A DNA stretch of 32,000 bases from Candidatus Saccharimonadota bacterium (GCF_047555085.1 NZ_CP180230.1:870001-902000), one strand, 5' to 3'; counted from the stretch's first letter, positions 16,048 to 25,285 are shown. Made by a program: numbers and translations. Notes: generated by a model not told the origin, from the sequence alone.

Positions 16048-16132
16048 ATCGCATCAATATATTCTGAGGCCTCGAGTTTATTTCTTGGGAAAGCTTTTAG
16101 TCCAGAGAAAAAGAATCGTATTACGTGATATT

Positions 16133-17158
16133 ATGGTAAAAATTGTTGTCAACGGTATCGGAACAATCGGAAAAAGAGTAGCTGAAGCCGTGAAGAAACA
16201 GGAAGATATGGAACTGTACGGCGTATCAGATGTCTCGGCAGGACAGGGCCTCAGAACAGGCCTCAGCGAGGAAGGAGGATTCCACGGCACTGATCTGTAC
16301 GCATCAAACGAAGACGGGCTCGAACAGCTAAGAGAAGACGGAATGCACGTCGAAGGCCTGCTTGAAGATGCTCTAGATCGAGTTGATCTCGTTGTGGATT
16401 GTACTCCTTCGGGAGTCGATGAAATGAATAAAGAAAATCTTTACAGGCCTAACGACACCAAAGCAATCTTCCAGGGAGGAGCACCAGACGATATCGCCGA
16501 AGTGAAGTTCAATGCAGACGCCAATTATGAGGAGGCCTCCGGAGAGGACTTCGTGAAAGTTGTCTCATGCAACACGACTTCTCTATCGAGAACGATGAGT
16601 GCTGTTGACGAGGCCTTTGGAGTCAAAGAAGCTACTGCAAATCTTGTAAGACGTGCCGGAGATATCCCTCAGGATTCACGAGGGCCTGTAAATTCTACTG
16701 TGCCTGTTACAGATGTTCCTTCGCATCACGGGCCTGATGTACAGGCTGTTATGCCGGATCTGGATATCAAGACTCTTGCAGTGAAAGTTCCTGTGACTTA
16801 CGGGCATGTTCATATGGTTACTGTCCAGCTTGAAGATGAAGCAAGCGAAAAAGAAGTTTTAGAGGCCTTCAGAGATCAGCCACGTGTAAATCTGGAGAAG
16901 GCGGGCGAAGGATTCGACTCCACTTCAAAGCTTCATGAAAAGATGCGTGATCTTGGAAGGAAGCGAAGCGACATGCCTGAAGCCGCTGTCTGGGAGGAGA
17001 CAGTTACTGTAGACGATGGAACGCTTTACTGGATCCATATGGTGCATCAGGAATCGATCGTTGTTCCGGACAACATCGATGCGATCCGTTCAATGTTCGA
17101 TATGGAGGAAAAAGAGGCCTCTATAGAGAAGACGAACGACGCCATGGGCATCGAGTGA
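16133..17158 (+). CDS. gap: Glyceraldehyde-3-phosphate dehydrogenase, archaeal type II
   Basis: The ORF track starts at a TTG (16085). The ATG at 16133 gives the canonical N-terminus MVKIVVNGIGTIGKRVAEAV. The catalytic motif VSCNTTSL and SHHGPDV are present. Confidence 0.9.
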   Translation: MVKIVVNGIGTIGKRVAEAVKKQEDMELYGVSDVSAGQGLRTGLSEEGGFHGTDLYASNEDGLEQLREDGMHVEGLLEDALDRVDLVVDCTPSGVDEMNKENLYRPNDTKAIFQGGAPDDIAEVKFNADANYEEASGEDFVKVVSCNTTSLSRTMSAVDEAFGVKEATANLVRRAGDIPQDSRGPVNSTVPVTDVPSHHGPDVQAVMPDLDIKTLAVKVPVTYGHVHMVTVQLEDEASEKEVLEAFRDQPRVNLEKAGEGFDSTSKLHEKMRDLGRKRSDMPEAAVWEETVTVDDGTLYWIHMVHQESIVVPDNIDAIRSMFDMEEKEASIEKTNDAMGIE

Positions 17159-17177
17159 AAAATCCGCCCACATTCAA

Positions 17178-17189
17178 TTTTTCTTTTTT
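17178..17189 (+). terminator. Oligo-T terminator candidate after gap
   Basis: TTTTTCTTTTTT lies 20 nt downstream of the gap stop codon. Confidence 0.4.
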
Positions 17190-17196
17190 CAATCCG

Positions 17197-17208
17197 ATAT
17201 TTTAGAAA
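17197..17208 (+). promoter_or_regulatory. Candidate TATA box for the GT4 gene (leaderless-type spacing)
   Basis: ATATTTTAGAAA is centred about 30 nt upstream of the ATG at 17232, with no SD motif. Confidence 0.35.
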
Positions 17209-17231
17209 CGCTGTTATAACATAATCAGACA

Positions 17232-18275
17232 ATGGACAAGAAAATCCTTCTAACCGGCTGGGGATTCCCACCAGACATCGATGGAGGCCTGGATATCCAC
17301 GTCAAACACCTGTTCGAACAGCTCGAAAGTAGAGGCCTGGACGTGAAACTTTTCCTGCCCAGTGAAAACGCACCAGATATGGAAAACGTGGAGGCCATAG
17401 ATACTGGCGACGGTGATATGGTTCAGAAGGCCCGTGAGATGAGTGCTGAGGTGGCGAGACAGGCAGAAAACTTTGATATCGTTCATACACATGACTGGTT
17501 CGGCGCAGAAGCAGGCTTCAAGGCCAAAAAATACTCAGATGCCAAATGGATCTCCACAATGCATTCTCTGAGCAGCTCAAGGAGCAGGAAAAGTTACGGC
17601 GCACTCGAGGAGCTGGAGAAGACTGCTGTCGAACACTCAGATAAACTGCTGGCAGTAAGCGAAAAACTGGGAGACGAAATAGAAGACAGATACGGAAAAA
17701 GGCCTCAAGTAATACACAACGGATTTTCAAGGCCCTCAAAGGAAGGAAAAAATATCAGAGAAGAACTGAACATCGATAACGACATGATTTTTTTCGTGGG
17801 ACGTCACGCCGAGCAGAAAGGCCTTGAACATCTTCTGTACGGATTCAGAAAATTTCTGGACGATGGAGGAGAAGCTACACTTGTTGTCGGTGGTGATGGA
17901 CACCTGACAGAGACCCTGAAAGATTTCACGGAAATTTTAGGCCTTGAAAACGACGTTGTCTTCACAGGTTTCATCCCTGATAGAGAGCTCGGTGATTACT
18001 ATCAGAGTGCTGATCTCTTTGTTTCGCCTTCTATAAACGAGCCGTTCGGCCTGACGATCACAGAGGCCCTGGAATCCGGCACAGTAGTTGCTGCGACGGA
18101 GAGTGGTGTTGAAGAAGTTCTCAGCGGAGAATACATCGTCAGTATCGACCCTGACTCTGATTCCATAGCTGAAGGAATTAGTAAAGGCCTTGAGAAAGAT
18201 TTCCCCGGTGTTTTCGAGAGCAGGACCTGGGGGGATATGGCGGATGAAGTTTTAGAGGTCTACAGAGGTCTCTAG
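17232..18275 (+). CDS. GT-B glycosyltransferase, family 4-like
   Basis: 347-aa ORF with motifs VHTHDW, FVGRHAEQKG and the E-x7-E motif in SINEPFGLTITEALESG. Confidence 0.8.
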   Translation: MDKKILLTGWGFPPDIDGGLDIHVKHLFEQLESRGLDVKLFLPSENAPDMENVEAIDTGDGDMVQKAREMSAEVARQAENFDIVHTHDWFGAEAGFKAKKYSDAKWISTMHSLSSSRSRKSYGALEELEKTAVEHSDKLLAVSEKLGDEIEDRYGKRPQVIHNGFSRPSKEGKNIREELNIDNDMIFFVGRHAEQKGLEHLLYGFRKFLDDGGEATLVVGGDGHLTETLKDFTEILGLENDVVFTGFIPDRELGDYYQSADLFVSPSINEPFGLTITEALESGTVVAATESGVEEVLSGEYIVSIDPDSDSIAEGISKGLEKDFPGVFESRTWGDMADEVLEVYRGL

Positions 18276-18502
18276 TTGATTAACTGGATTTTTTCAGGCC
18301 TCTGATCTGTCTTCAGTACGTATCCGTTTTCTGTCGAGGTGAGTGCGTCTGTTTCCTCGATGTAGTACGTTGTGTCGCTGGAGGCCTTTTCCGGGAGGTA
18401 TATTCGTTCCTCTCCGTTGAAGTATGCTGCCAGTGCTGCTTTTTTCTGCGTGGAGATCTCTATGAGGCAGCCGTGTTCCTGTTCTGTGATTTCGATGTCC
18501 AT
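18272..18502 (-). CDS. Small hypothetical protein
   Basis: 76-aa ORF with an ATG start. CTTAAAAAG lies about 26-34 nt upstream on the minus strand. Its 3' end overlaps the convergent GT4 gene by 4 nt. I recognise no family. Confidence 0.4.
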   Translation of the reverse strand: MDIEITEQEHGCLIEISTQKKAALAAYFNGEERIYLPEKASSDTTYYIEETDALTSTENGYVLKTDQRPEKIQLIN

Positions 18503-18577
18503 AGTTAGAAATAGTTAGATAAGAGCTTTTTAAGCTTCTGAAAGCCTGTTTTTTCTTCTGCAGTAGCAACGTGTCAG

Positions 18578-18586
18578 ATTATAAAT
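18578..18586 (+). promoter_or_regulatory. Candidate TATA box for the GH57 / alpha-beta hydrolase pair
   Basis: ATTATAAAT is centred about 26 nt upstream of the ATG at 18608, with no SD motif. Confidence 0.4.
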
Positions 18587-18607
18587 GATGATAGGCCTAA
18601 AGTTTGT

Positions 18608-19825
18608 ATGTTGCCTGTAACCCTGAGTTTTGAAGTTCATCAGCCTCATCGCTTGAGAACTGACGGGGTGAATGAAGAGGCCTCTACTCTTTATGACAGG
18701 TATTTTGATGAGGAGATGAACGAGCATTTTTTCCGTGATGTGGCGGAAAACTGTTATTTCCCTGCGACTGAACGCCTCTTGAGGGCGGCGAAAAAGTTCG
18801 AGGACCGGGATAGAAAGTTCAAAGTTAATTTTTCGATTTCAACTAGCTGGCTGGAGCAGGCGAAAAAGTATCATCCAGAGCTTATCGACATGCTCAACAG
18901 ATTTCCGGATGATACTATAGATTTTATCGGGCAGGCCCACTACCACTCTCTTGCAGGATTATTCCATGACAAAGAGGAGTTCCGCTACCAGATCAACCGT
19001 CACAGCGACTTGATCGAGGAAAGTTTCGGGAAGAGGCCTCAGGTGATGACTAATACGGAGCTGATTTACCACAATGAGATCGGGAAGATTGCTGCTGAGG
19101 AAGGATTCAAAGGGATTTTTACGGAAGGTGCCGGAAGGATTCTTGGATGGCGTTCGCCGAACTATGCGTATACTCAGCCGGATTTTGTTACAGATGAAGG
19201 GACTAAAGTTATGCTGAGGAATCGAAAGTTGACAGATGATGTAGGCTATCGTTTCTCCGCGGAGTGGTGGAGTGAGTACCCTCTTACAGCTGAAAAATAT
19301 GCGGCCTGGCTTTCAGAGGTTGAAGGCGACATGCTGAATCTTTTCATGGACTACGAAACTTTTGGAGAACATCACTGGGAAGGCACCGGCATACTCTGGT
19401 TCCTTGAAGATCTCCCGGAGCAGATACTTGAACACGACGAACTCAAATTTGCAACTGTTTCAGAGGCCGCTGATGAAAACGAGGCAGTCGGAAAATTCGA
19501 TGCATTCGAATACAACACAGTCTCCTGGGCAGATCAGGAGATGGACGCCTCTGCATGGCTCGGAAATCCTATGCAGAAACTTTTATTCGAGAAAATGCAG
19601 GAACTTGAGGAAAAAGTGAAGAAAATCGACGACGAGGCCTATCTGGAGGTGTGGCGAAAGTTTTTGACTTCTGATCACCTGCATCATATCGCGACGAAGA
19701 CTTACGACGATGGAAGCGTGCACAACTATTTCTCATACTTTGACCATCCTCATGAGGGATTCGCAGTTATAACAGAACATTTGATGGATTTTCAGCAACA
19801 AGTTGAAAAAGAACTGAACAGTTGA
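18608..19825 (+). CDS. Glycoside hydrolase family 57 alpha-amylase-type enzyme
   Basis: 405-aa ORF. GH57 conserved regions present: LSFEVHQPHRL, FKVNFSIS, MTNTELIY, RSPNYAY and NLFMDYETFGEHHWEG. At 405 aa it is shorter than GH57 branching enzymes. Confidence 0.85.
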   Translation: MLPVTLSFEVHQPHRLRTDGVNEEASTLYDRYFDEEMNEHFFRDVAENCYFPATERLLRAAKKFEDRDRKFKVNFSISTSWLEQAKKYHPELIDMLNRFPDDTIDFIGQAHYHSLAGLFHDKEEFRYQINRHSDLIEESFGKRPQVMTNTELIYHNEIGKIAAEEGFKGIFTEGAGRILGWRSPNYAYTQPDFVTDEGTKVMLRNRKLTDDVGYRFSAEWWSEYPLTAEKYAAWLSEVEGDMLNLFMDYETFGEHHWEGTGILWFLEDLPEQILEHDELKFATVSEAADENEAVGKFDAFEYNTVSWADQEMDASAWLGNPMQKLLFEKMQELEEKVKKIDDEAYLEVWRKFLTSDHLHHIATKTYDDGSVHNYFSYFDHPHEGFAVITEHLMDFQQQVEKELNS

Positions 19826-19832
19826 ACAATTT

Positions 19833-20537
19833 ATGACAGATAAACATTTTATCGAAGTAGAAGATGGAGAAGAAGTTGCTGCAGCACATCATAAGGCCTC
19901 TTCAGATGACTGGATATTTTTCTGCCACGGATACGGAAGCGATAAAGAAGGAAGCTACAGGAAAAGAGCTGAAAGGGCCTCTGAAGAAGGATTCAACGCT
20001 GTAAGATTTGATTTCCGTGGGAACGGCGAAAGCGATGGAGAGTTCATTGATCAAAGCCTGAGCTCCCGTATAGCAGATCTTGAGGCCTGTATAGATTTTT
20101 TCGGGCCTGAAAGAATTTTTCTCTGGGGTATGAGCTTCGGTGGAAAAGTCGTTCTTCACGCGAACGAAAGATTTGATGTCGAGGCCCTGATACTCAAGTC
20201 GCCTGTACTTTTCAACAATGAGATGGAGAAATTTCGAAGCGTTGTCGATGAGAAAGGCACTTACACGCATTTTGGAGACAAGACGATCGATGAAAGATTC
20301 TTCGAGGATTTCGATAGTTACAGCTTTGAAGAGGCCTGCGAATATGTGGATATGCCTGTGATTATTTTCCACGGCGGCGATGATTCCACAGTTCATTTCG
20401 AGAGCTCAGCTGATGCTGTTAAAGAGTTTGATACAGAAGTCCTCCTGAGAAAGTTTGAAGGCGAAGAGCATTCGATGAGTGACGATGCAGAGGAAAAGTT
20501 ACTGGATGAAATGTTTTACTGGCTGGAAAATCTGTAG
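19833..20537 (+). CDS. Alpha/beta-fold hydrolase (esterase/peptidase-like)
   Basis: 234-aa ORF. FFCHGYGSD, the nucleophile elbow LWGMSFGG (GxSxG), IFHGGDDSTV and GEEHSM are consistent with a Ser-Asp-His triad. Confidence 0.75.
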   Translation: MTDKHFIEVEDGEEVAAAHHKASSDDWIFFCHGYGSDKEGSYRKRAERASEEGFNAVRFDFRGNGESDGEFIDQSLSSRIADLEACIDFFGPERIFLWGMSFGGKVVLHANERFDVEALILKSPVLFNNEMEKFRSVVDEKGTYTHFGDKTIDERFFEDFDSYSFEEACEYVDMPVIIFHGGDDSTVHFESSADAVKEFDTEVLLRKFEGEEHSMSDDAEEKLLDEMFYWLENL

Positions 20538-20546
20538 AAGAATCCT

Positions 20547-21692
20547 CTAGTCTTCAAAGGCCTTGCTGTATATTCCTGTTGTCCATGCTGTTATCTGTTC
20601 CCAGCGGAAGTTGTCTTCTACTCTGTCTCTGGCGTTGTCGCCAAGCCAGTCTGTCCAGCCTGGATCATTTAACGCCCTGTTCACCTGATCAGCTATAGAA
20701 CTTGAATCAGCGGGATACGTGTGGAGGCCTGTATACTCGTGGACTATCGTGTCTTTCATCCCTCCGGTGTAGCTTCCTACTGTAGGCGTTTCGCATGCTG
20801 CTGCCTCGAGAGGGACGATGCCGAAAGGCTCGTAGACGCTGGGTGCTACCGTCATAGAGGCCTCCTTCATGAGTGAGATAAGTTCCTGGTCGGGTACGTA
20901 TCCCGGAAAGTGTACTTTCTCCCCTACCTGTCTCTTCGCTATGTTTTTGTAGTGTTCTGTTGCCCCTGAGCCACACATTACAAATTTTGCTTCAGGCCTC
21001 TGTTCAAGTATGTGAGGCATCGCTTCGATAAGATGTCCCGGGCCTTTCTGAGGGTACATGCGGCCGACGAAAAGTACGATTTCTTCATGTCCCAGCGCAT
21101 AATTATCCCTTCTGAGAGAGCTGGAGTGATCATCAAATTTTTCCAGATCTACACCGTTCGGTATGTAATTCACCTTTTCTTCAGGGACTTCGTAGTTGTG
21201 CTTTACTTCTTCAGAGAACTCTCTTCCTACCGTGATCACCTGTGAGGCCTCGTAGGTACCGTACCATTCCAGATCATGGATTGTTTTCTGGTAGTCCGAG
21301 TTGATTCCATCACGTCCTTTCTGAGTTGAATGTACCGTGAATATCATAGGCAGGTCAAGCGTCTTCTTTATCCCTGTAGCACCCGGCACCGCCATCCAGT
21401 CATGGGCGTGAACGAGATCGAAGTCTTTTTCCTTCGAGAGCTCTATTGCTTTCTTCTCCATCTGGTGCCCAAGATGCATCGCCCAGGAAAGAGTATTTGA
21501 GGCAGCATCCGTAGCAGGTACCCTGTGAATCTCCACTCCGTCACGATACTCAACTTCCTCTTCTTCACCGTACGTCAAAACGACAGGCCTGTGTCCCTGA
21601 GAAGCCAGAGTCGTCGCCAAGTCCTCGCAGTGTGCAGCGATCCCTCCAGCCTTGAAAGGAGGATACTCCCAAGTCACGAACAAAGGCCTCAT
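20547..21692 (-). CDS. GT-B glycosyltransferase (GT4/GT5-like), candidate alpha-glucan/glycogen synthase
   Basis: 381-aa ORF with motifs WEYPPFKAGGIAAH, VHAHDW, FVGRMYPQKG and the E-x7-E motif in YEPFGIVPLEAAACETP. Confidence 0.8.
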   Translation of the reverse strand: MRPLFVTWEYPPFKAGGIAAHCEDLATTLASQGHRPVVLTYGEEEEVEYRDGVEIHRVPATDAASNTLSWAMHLGHQMEKKAIELSKEKDFDLVHAHDWMAVPGATGIKKTLDLPMIFTVHSTQKGRDGINSDYQKTIHDLEWYGTYEASQVITVGREFSEEVKHNYEVPEEKVNYIPNGVDLEKFDDHSSSLRRDNYALGHEEIVLFVGRMYPQKGPGHLIEAMPHILEQRPEAKFVMCGSGATEHYKNIAKRQVGEKVHFPGYVPDQELISLMKEASMTVAPSVYEPFGIVPLEAAACETPTVGSYTGGMKDTIVHEYTGLHTYPADSSSIADQVNRALNDPGWTDWLGDNARDRVEDNFRWEQITAWTTGIYSKAFED

Positions 21693-21701
21693 AAAAAAAT
21701 C

Positions 21702-22304
21702 TTACACCTCTTCCTTTAATTTAACGTGTTCTCTGTACGCTTTTAAAATTCTCGACTGCCAGGCCTCTGTTAAAGGACTCACAAACTCTATTTTATCTTC
21801 TGAAACATCCAGATCAAACAGCAGAGAATTCTTTGTATCCTCATTATTTGCGAACACTTTAACCGACTCATAGGCCCCCTGCCACTCCAGTTCAGAGATC
21901 ATTTCAGAGTGCTCAGTGCCAAATCCTCTCTGCTGTTCCGTTGAATGAAAAGTAAGCATCATAGGCCTCTCCAGAACTTTTGAAAGAGATATCGCAGCCG
22001 GCACAGTAGTCCAGTCATGAGCATGGATCACGTCGATGGATGCTGTATCGATATTCTCCATCACCTGGCCTTTGATCTCGTTATTCATCATCATCGACCA
22101 GTTGAAGATGTTTGAGCCGTCGAAGTGTAAAGGGAACCTGTAAACCTCTATATCAGAATCAAGTGAGTAATAAGAGCCGTCGTCAAAAGAAACTATCGAT
22201 ACCTGGAGACCTTCATTATTCAGATAAGAAGCCAGAGACTTAACATACTCTGAAACAGGCTCATCATCCTTTATCTGCTTCGAGAGCAGGAGCACATGAT
22301 CCAT
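21702..22304 (-). CDS. Stand-alone N-terminal half of a GT-B glycosyltransferase, paralogous to the N-domain of the gene at 20547-21692
   Basis: 200-aa intact ORF. IHAHDWTTVPAAISLSKVLERPMMLTFHSTEQQRG..ISELEWQGAYES aligns with VHAHDWMAVPGATGIKKTLDLPMIFTVHSTQKGRD..IHDLEWYGTYEA of the next gene. It lacks the N-terminal GG(I/L) motif and the whole C-terminal E-x7-E domain. Only 9 nt separate it from the downstream gene. Confidence 0.7.
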   Translation of the reverse strand: MDHVLLLSKQIKDDEPVSEYVKSLASYLNNEGLQVSIVSFDDGSYYSLDSDIEVYRFPLHFDGSNIFNWSMMMNNEIKGQVMENIDTASIDVIHAHDWTTVPAAISLSKVLERPMMLTFHSTEQQRGFGTEHSEMISELEWQGAYESVKVFANNEDTKNSLLFDLDVSEDKIEFVSPLTEAWQSRILKAYREHVKLKEEV

Positions 22305-23455
22305 CAGAATCTGGCCTCGAATCCTTTTCTCTTGCTTTTCTCGACGTCAGGCTGCGTGAACGGATCAACCCCCTGGAAACGGGCGAAATAAACTGCCAGT
22401 ATCTGCATAAAAGCGACCATCTCTCCCGCCGCCTGATAAGAAAGATCAGTTAAAGTCAAAGTTACATGAGGCATATCCTCTTCCTCCAGGGCCTCTTTTA
22501 CGCCACGGTACTCGGATTTCAGTGATTCTGATAGATCTATCCCATTCAGTTCTCCCAAGTCACGGCCTCTCAAGTCTATATCCTGTATTTCATCAGGCAC
22601 TGTTATTTTACGGGCCTCGTTGGCTTCAGACCGGATAAAGAAAGGCACCATATCGTTCTCTCCTCCGAAAAGCCTCTGATTAGTATGATGCTGATATTCA
22701 GGCCCCAGATCACCGAGCACAGTCATCCCTTCGCCTCTTTTGCACGCTGTCTCATGCATAAGCTGGACAAATAATGGCTTGAATCCGAAAAGCCTTGTAG
22801 AGTAAATTGCGTTAAGTATCTCAGTATATCCTGCTTCTTGAGAGCTTTTCAGAGCGGATGCCAGTTTGTAAGCTGAATTATCCTGCTCTTCAAGATTTTG
22901 ATACATCAGCTCTGCGCCTTTTCTGATCTCCTCTACATCGAGGCCTATCAAAGCAGCTGGAAGAAGAGCTGTCTCCGTCATTCCGGAAAATCTTCCGCCT
23001 ACTTCACGGTGCTCGATGTAGTCAAGGCCTTCTCTTTCAACTATGTTACGCAGAGCGCCATCATTGTCGGAGGTAACAGGTAAAACATCGTAATCTTTGT
23101 TCATGAAGTAGAAGAGTGTCTCTATAACTCCTACTGTCGATCCTGATTTACTTATCGGAACTACAAGCGTATCTTCTTTTCTGTATTCTCCAGATATCCT
23201 GTGAAGGAAGTCTGGCTCCATTGTCGTAACTATTCTAACATTTTTATCGACTTCAGGCATGAAGGTGTACAGTAAAGCTCTGAAGCTTGTTACTGAGCCA
23301 CCGTTTCCTATAACAACGATATTTTCGTAGTCATATTCCTCTGCTATCTGATTTATCCTGTCTATATCAGGCTCGATACCTGTAAAATCCGGTAGTTTTT
23401 GATCTATTTCCTGATCTGATTCGTCCAGCCCCTCTATCTCTATTTCAAATGTCAT
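22304..23455 (-). CDS. pgi: Glucose-6-phosphate isomerase (short archaeal/bacterial PGI type)
   Basis: 383-aa ORF with motifs VVIGNGGS, VPISKSGSTVGVIET, GGRFSGMTE, QLMHETACKRG and GPEYQHHTNQ. Its start overlaps the GT3 stop by 4 nt, and its stop shares 1 nt with the next start. Confidence 0.85.
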   Translation of the reverse strand: MTFEIEIEGLDESDQEIDQKLPDFTGIEPDIDRINQIAEEYDYENIVVIGNGGSVTSFRALLYTFMPEVDKNVRIVTTMEPDFLHRISGEYRKEDTLVVPISKSGSTVGVIETLFYFMNKDYDVLPVTSDNDGALRNIVEREGLDYIEHREVGGRFSGMTETALLPAALIGLDVEEIRKGAELMYQNLEEQDNSAYKLASALKSSQEAGYTEILNAIYSTRLFGFKPLFVQLMHETACKRGEGMTVLGDLGPEYQHHTNQRLFGGENDMVPFFIRSEANEARKITVPDEIQDIDLRGRDLGELNGIDLSESLKSEYRGVKEALEEEDMPHVTLTLTDLSYQAAGEMVAFMQILAVYFARFQGVDPFTQPDVEKSKRKGFEARF

Positions 23456-25224
23456 TTCATGTTCACCGCCTGATCGTGGGCCTCTCTGTAGTTTTCACCA
23501 AGTTTGTTCCATGAAGTCAGTTGCGCCAGTTTTCTGGCGTTATGCTTCCTTTCCGTTATCTCCGTCTTCGAATACTCTGTTATATCTGAAATTATATCAG
23601 CAAGTTGATTTGAGGCCTCTTCATAGCTTTTGTCCTCTCTTTCAAGTATTTTGATGCCTTTGCGCTCCTCCTCATCAGTCTTATCCTGTAAAAACTTTCC
23701 GAATCCTGCCATATCTGTTGTTACCGAGAGCGCTCCATTAGCAGCAGTTTCTACAGGCGTGTATCCCCATGGCTCGTAGTAGCTCGGGAAAATTCCTGCT
23801 GAAGAGGCAACTATCGCATCATTGTAGTCCATGGACAGAAGCTTGTCTCCAACGGAAAGATACGTGGGATAGAATATCACTTTGACACGATCATTCTCTG
23901 AGTTGTTCAGGCCTCTCTCACGAAGCCTTGAGATTATCTTGTCATCCGAGTAGTTCAGATCAAACGCACATAGAGGAGGATTCTCGCCTGATCTCGAGTG
24001 GAAGCTGTTAGACAGAGAATCTGCCTTTCCATCATCTACAACCTCTGAAATATCCTCAGGCCTCTCTCCAGAAGTTATTGACTTCAGCAGACGACTCCTT
24101 ATCTCGGGAATAACGGAATCGATGTACTCCTCAAGCTCGTCGAACAGAGACATATTTTCAAGAACACTCATCTTCGCACCTTTAACATCCGAAGGAACGA
24201 AGAAAAAGACGAAGAAATCATCTCCAGGCCTCTCATTAACTTCAGCCAGAGCGTCGACAAGCATATCCAGGCCCTTGTTATGGAACTCGTAACGCCCCGA
24301 CACAAACATTATACGCGGATCATCCTCAAGATCGACGTCGTAATACGGCTCAAAATAGGCCTGAAGAAAGTCAGTCATCTTGGATTTTTTCCTGGTATGA
24401 TTATAGGACAGTTCTTCAAGACTCGGGTACTCCTCAACGTTGAAACCGTTTGAAAGTATCACTTCAGGCCTCTTATCCAGCACTGCCTCTGCCTCTCTCC
24501 CTGTGGTCTTGCTGACAGTTGTGAAAACGTTTGCTTCATGAGCAGCAGCTTTTTCCATCTGGTGCTTCGGTTTAACACCGTATTCTTCCGCCAGTTTATC
24601 TTCTATCTCTCCTTTTTTGATTGCTCCACCTAGATCAAAGTCAGAGTTCGAAAGTGCTCTTCCAAGTACAGTTGCATGCGTTGTGAAAACAGAAGGACTT
24701 TCAAATCCTGTAAGTGCAGCTCCAGAAAGCCATTCATGAAGATGTACTACAGTCTCGCCTTCAAGCTCCTCTTCCAGGCCTTTTACAAGTTTTCCAACGG
24801 CATAACTCCATTTGACAGGTTCATCGAAATCTTCCGGAGCATTGAGAGAGTCAACACCGTATTTTTTCCAAAGTTCGTTCTTTATATCATCTGTAGATTT
24901 TTCGAGGCCTGAAGGATCTACAAGCACTGTTTTAGGTGATCCTGGTACCTTCCATACTCCATAATAGCATTTTATCCCGTGTTTTTCCTCGAGTTGCTGG
25001 AAAAGCTCCTGATACGGATGCTCTTCTCTTGGTGCGAACTCATCTCTGGCGGCTTCCTCTTTGTAAGGGCCTATAGTGAAGTAGTTGTCGCCGTAGAAGT
25101 CTTTCATCTTGCTGGATTTCGATGCCAGAACCTGGTGGATGCCTCCGACCTTGTTCGCAACTTCATAGGAGATTTCGATCAGATTTTCAGGCCTTGACAT
25201 AATACAAGTTAATTGTTCTGACAT
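23452..25224 (-). CDS. Glycogen synthase, GT3 (eukaryote-type glycogen [starch] synthase family)
   Basis: 590-aa ORF. The N-terminal IEISYEVANKVGGIHQVLASK matches the GT3 signature (E.A.EV.NKVGGIYTVL). FTTHATVLGR and PSYYEPWGYTPVE are also present. An alternative ATG at 25200 (MSRPENLIEISYEV) fits the leaderless spacing from a TATA-like element better. Confidence 0.85.
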   Translation of the reverse strand: MSEQLTCIMSRPENLIEISYEVANKVGGIHQVLASKSSKMKDFYGDNYFTIGPYKEEAARDEFAPREEHPYQELFQQLEEKHGIKCYYGVWKVPGSPKTVLVDPSGLEKSTDDIKNELWKKYGVDSLNAPEDFDEPVKWSYAVGKLVKGLEEELEGETVVHLHEWLSGAALTGFESPSVFTTHATVLGRALSNSDFDLGGAIKKGEIEDKLAEEYGVKPKHQMEKAAAHEANVFTTVSKTTGREAEAVLDKRPEVILSNGFNVEEYPSLEELSYNHTRKKSKMTDFLQAYFEPYYDVDLEDDPRIMFVSGRYEFHNKGLDMLVDALAEVNERPGDDFFVFFFVPSDVKGAKMSVLENMSLFDELEEYIDSVIPEIRSRLLKSITSGERPEDISEVVDDGKADSLSNSFHSRSGENPPLCAFDLNYSDDKIISRLRERGLNNSENDRVKVIFYPTYLSVGDKLLSMDYNDAIVASSAGIFPSYYEPWGYTPVETAANGALSVTTDMAGFGKFLQDKTDEEERKGIKILEREDKSYEEASNQLADIISDITEYSKTEITERKHNARKLAQLTSWNKLGENYREAHDQAVNMK

Positions 25225-25234
25225 GTATTAAAAC
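25225..25234 (-). promoter_or_regulatory. Candidate TATA-like element for the GT3-pgi-halfGT-GT operon
   Basis: The minus strand reads GTTTTAATAC, centred about 30 nt upstream of the ATG at 25200. It is a near-identical inverted copy of the element at 25276-25285. Confidence 0.3.
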
Positions 25235-25275
25235 TTCCATACAGGCCTAGTTGCCACCTGCGGGTTAACAGCAAG

Positions 25276-25285
25276 GTTTTATACC
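25276..25285 (+). promoter_or_regulatory. Candidate TATA box for the GDE-tpiA-ADP-kinase operon
   Basis: GTTTTATACC is centred about 28 nt upstream of the ATG at 25309. Confidence 0.35.

Noticed and set aside
16085-16132. TTG-initiated 16-codon N-terminal extension of gap in the ORF track
   Set aside because: The ATG at 16133 gives the canonical MVKIVVNGIGTIGKRV Rossmann N-terminus, and the extension would cover the likely promoter.
21702-22304. Half-glycosyltransferase as a simple pseudogene fragment
   Set aside because: The ORF is intact, is translationally coupled on both sides, and is flanked too tightly for a degraded C-terminal domain. Relaxed selection cannot be excluded without relatives, so this remains stated as a refutation test.
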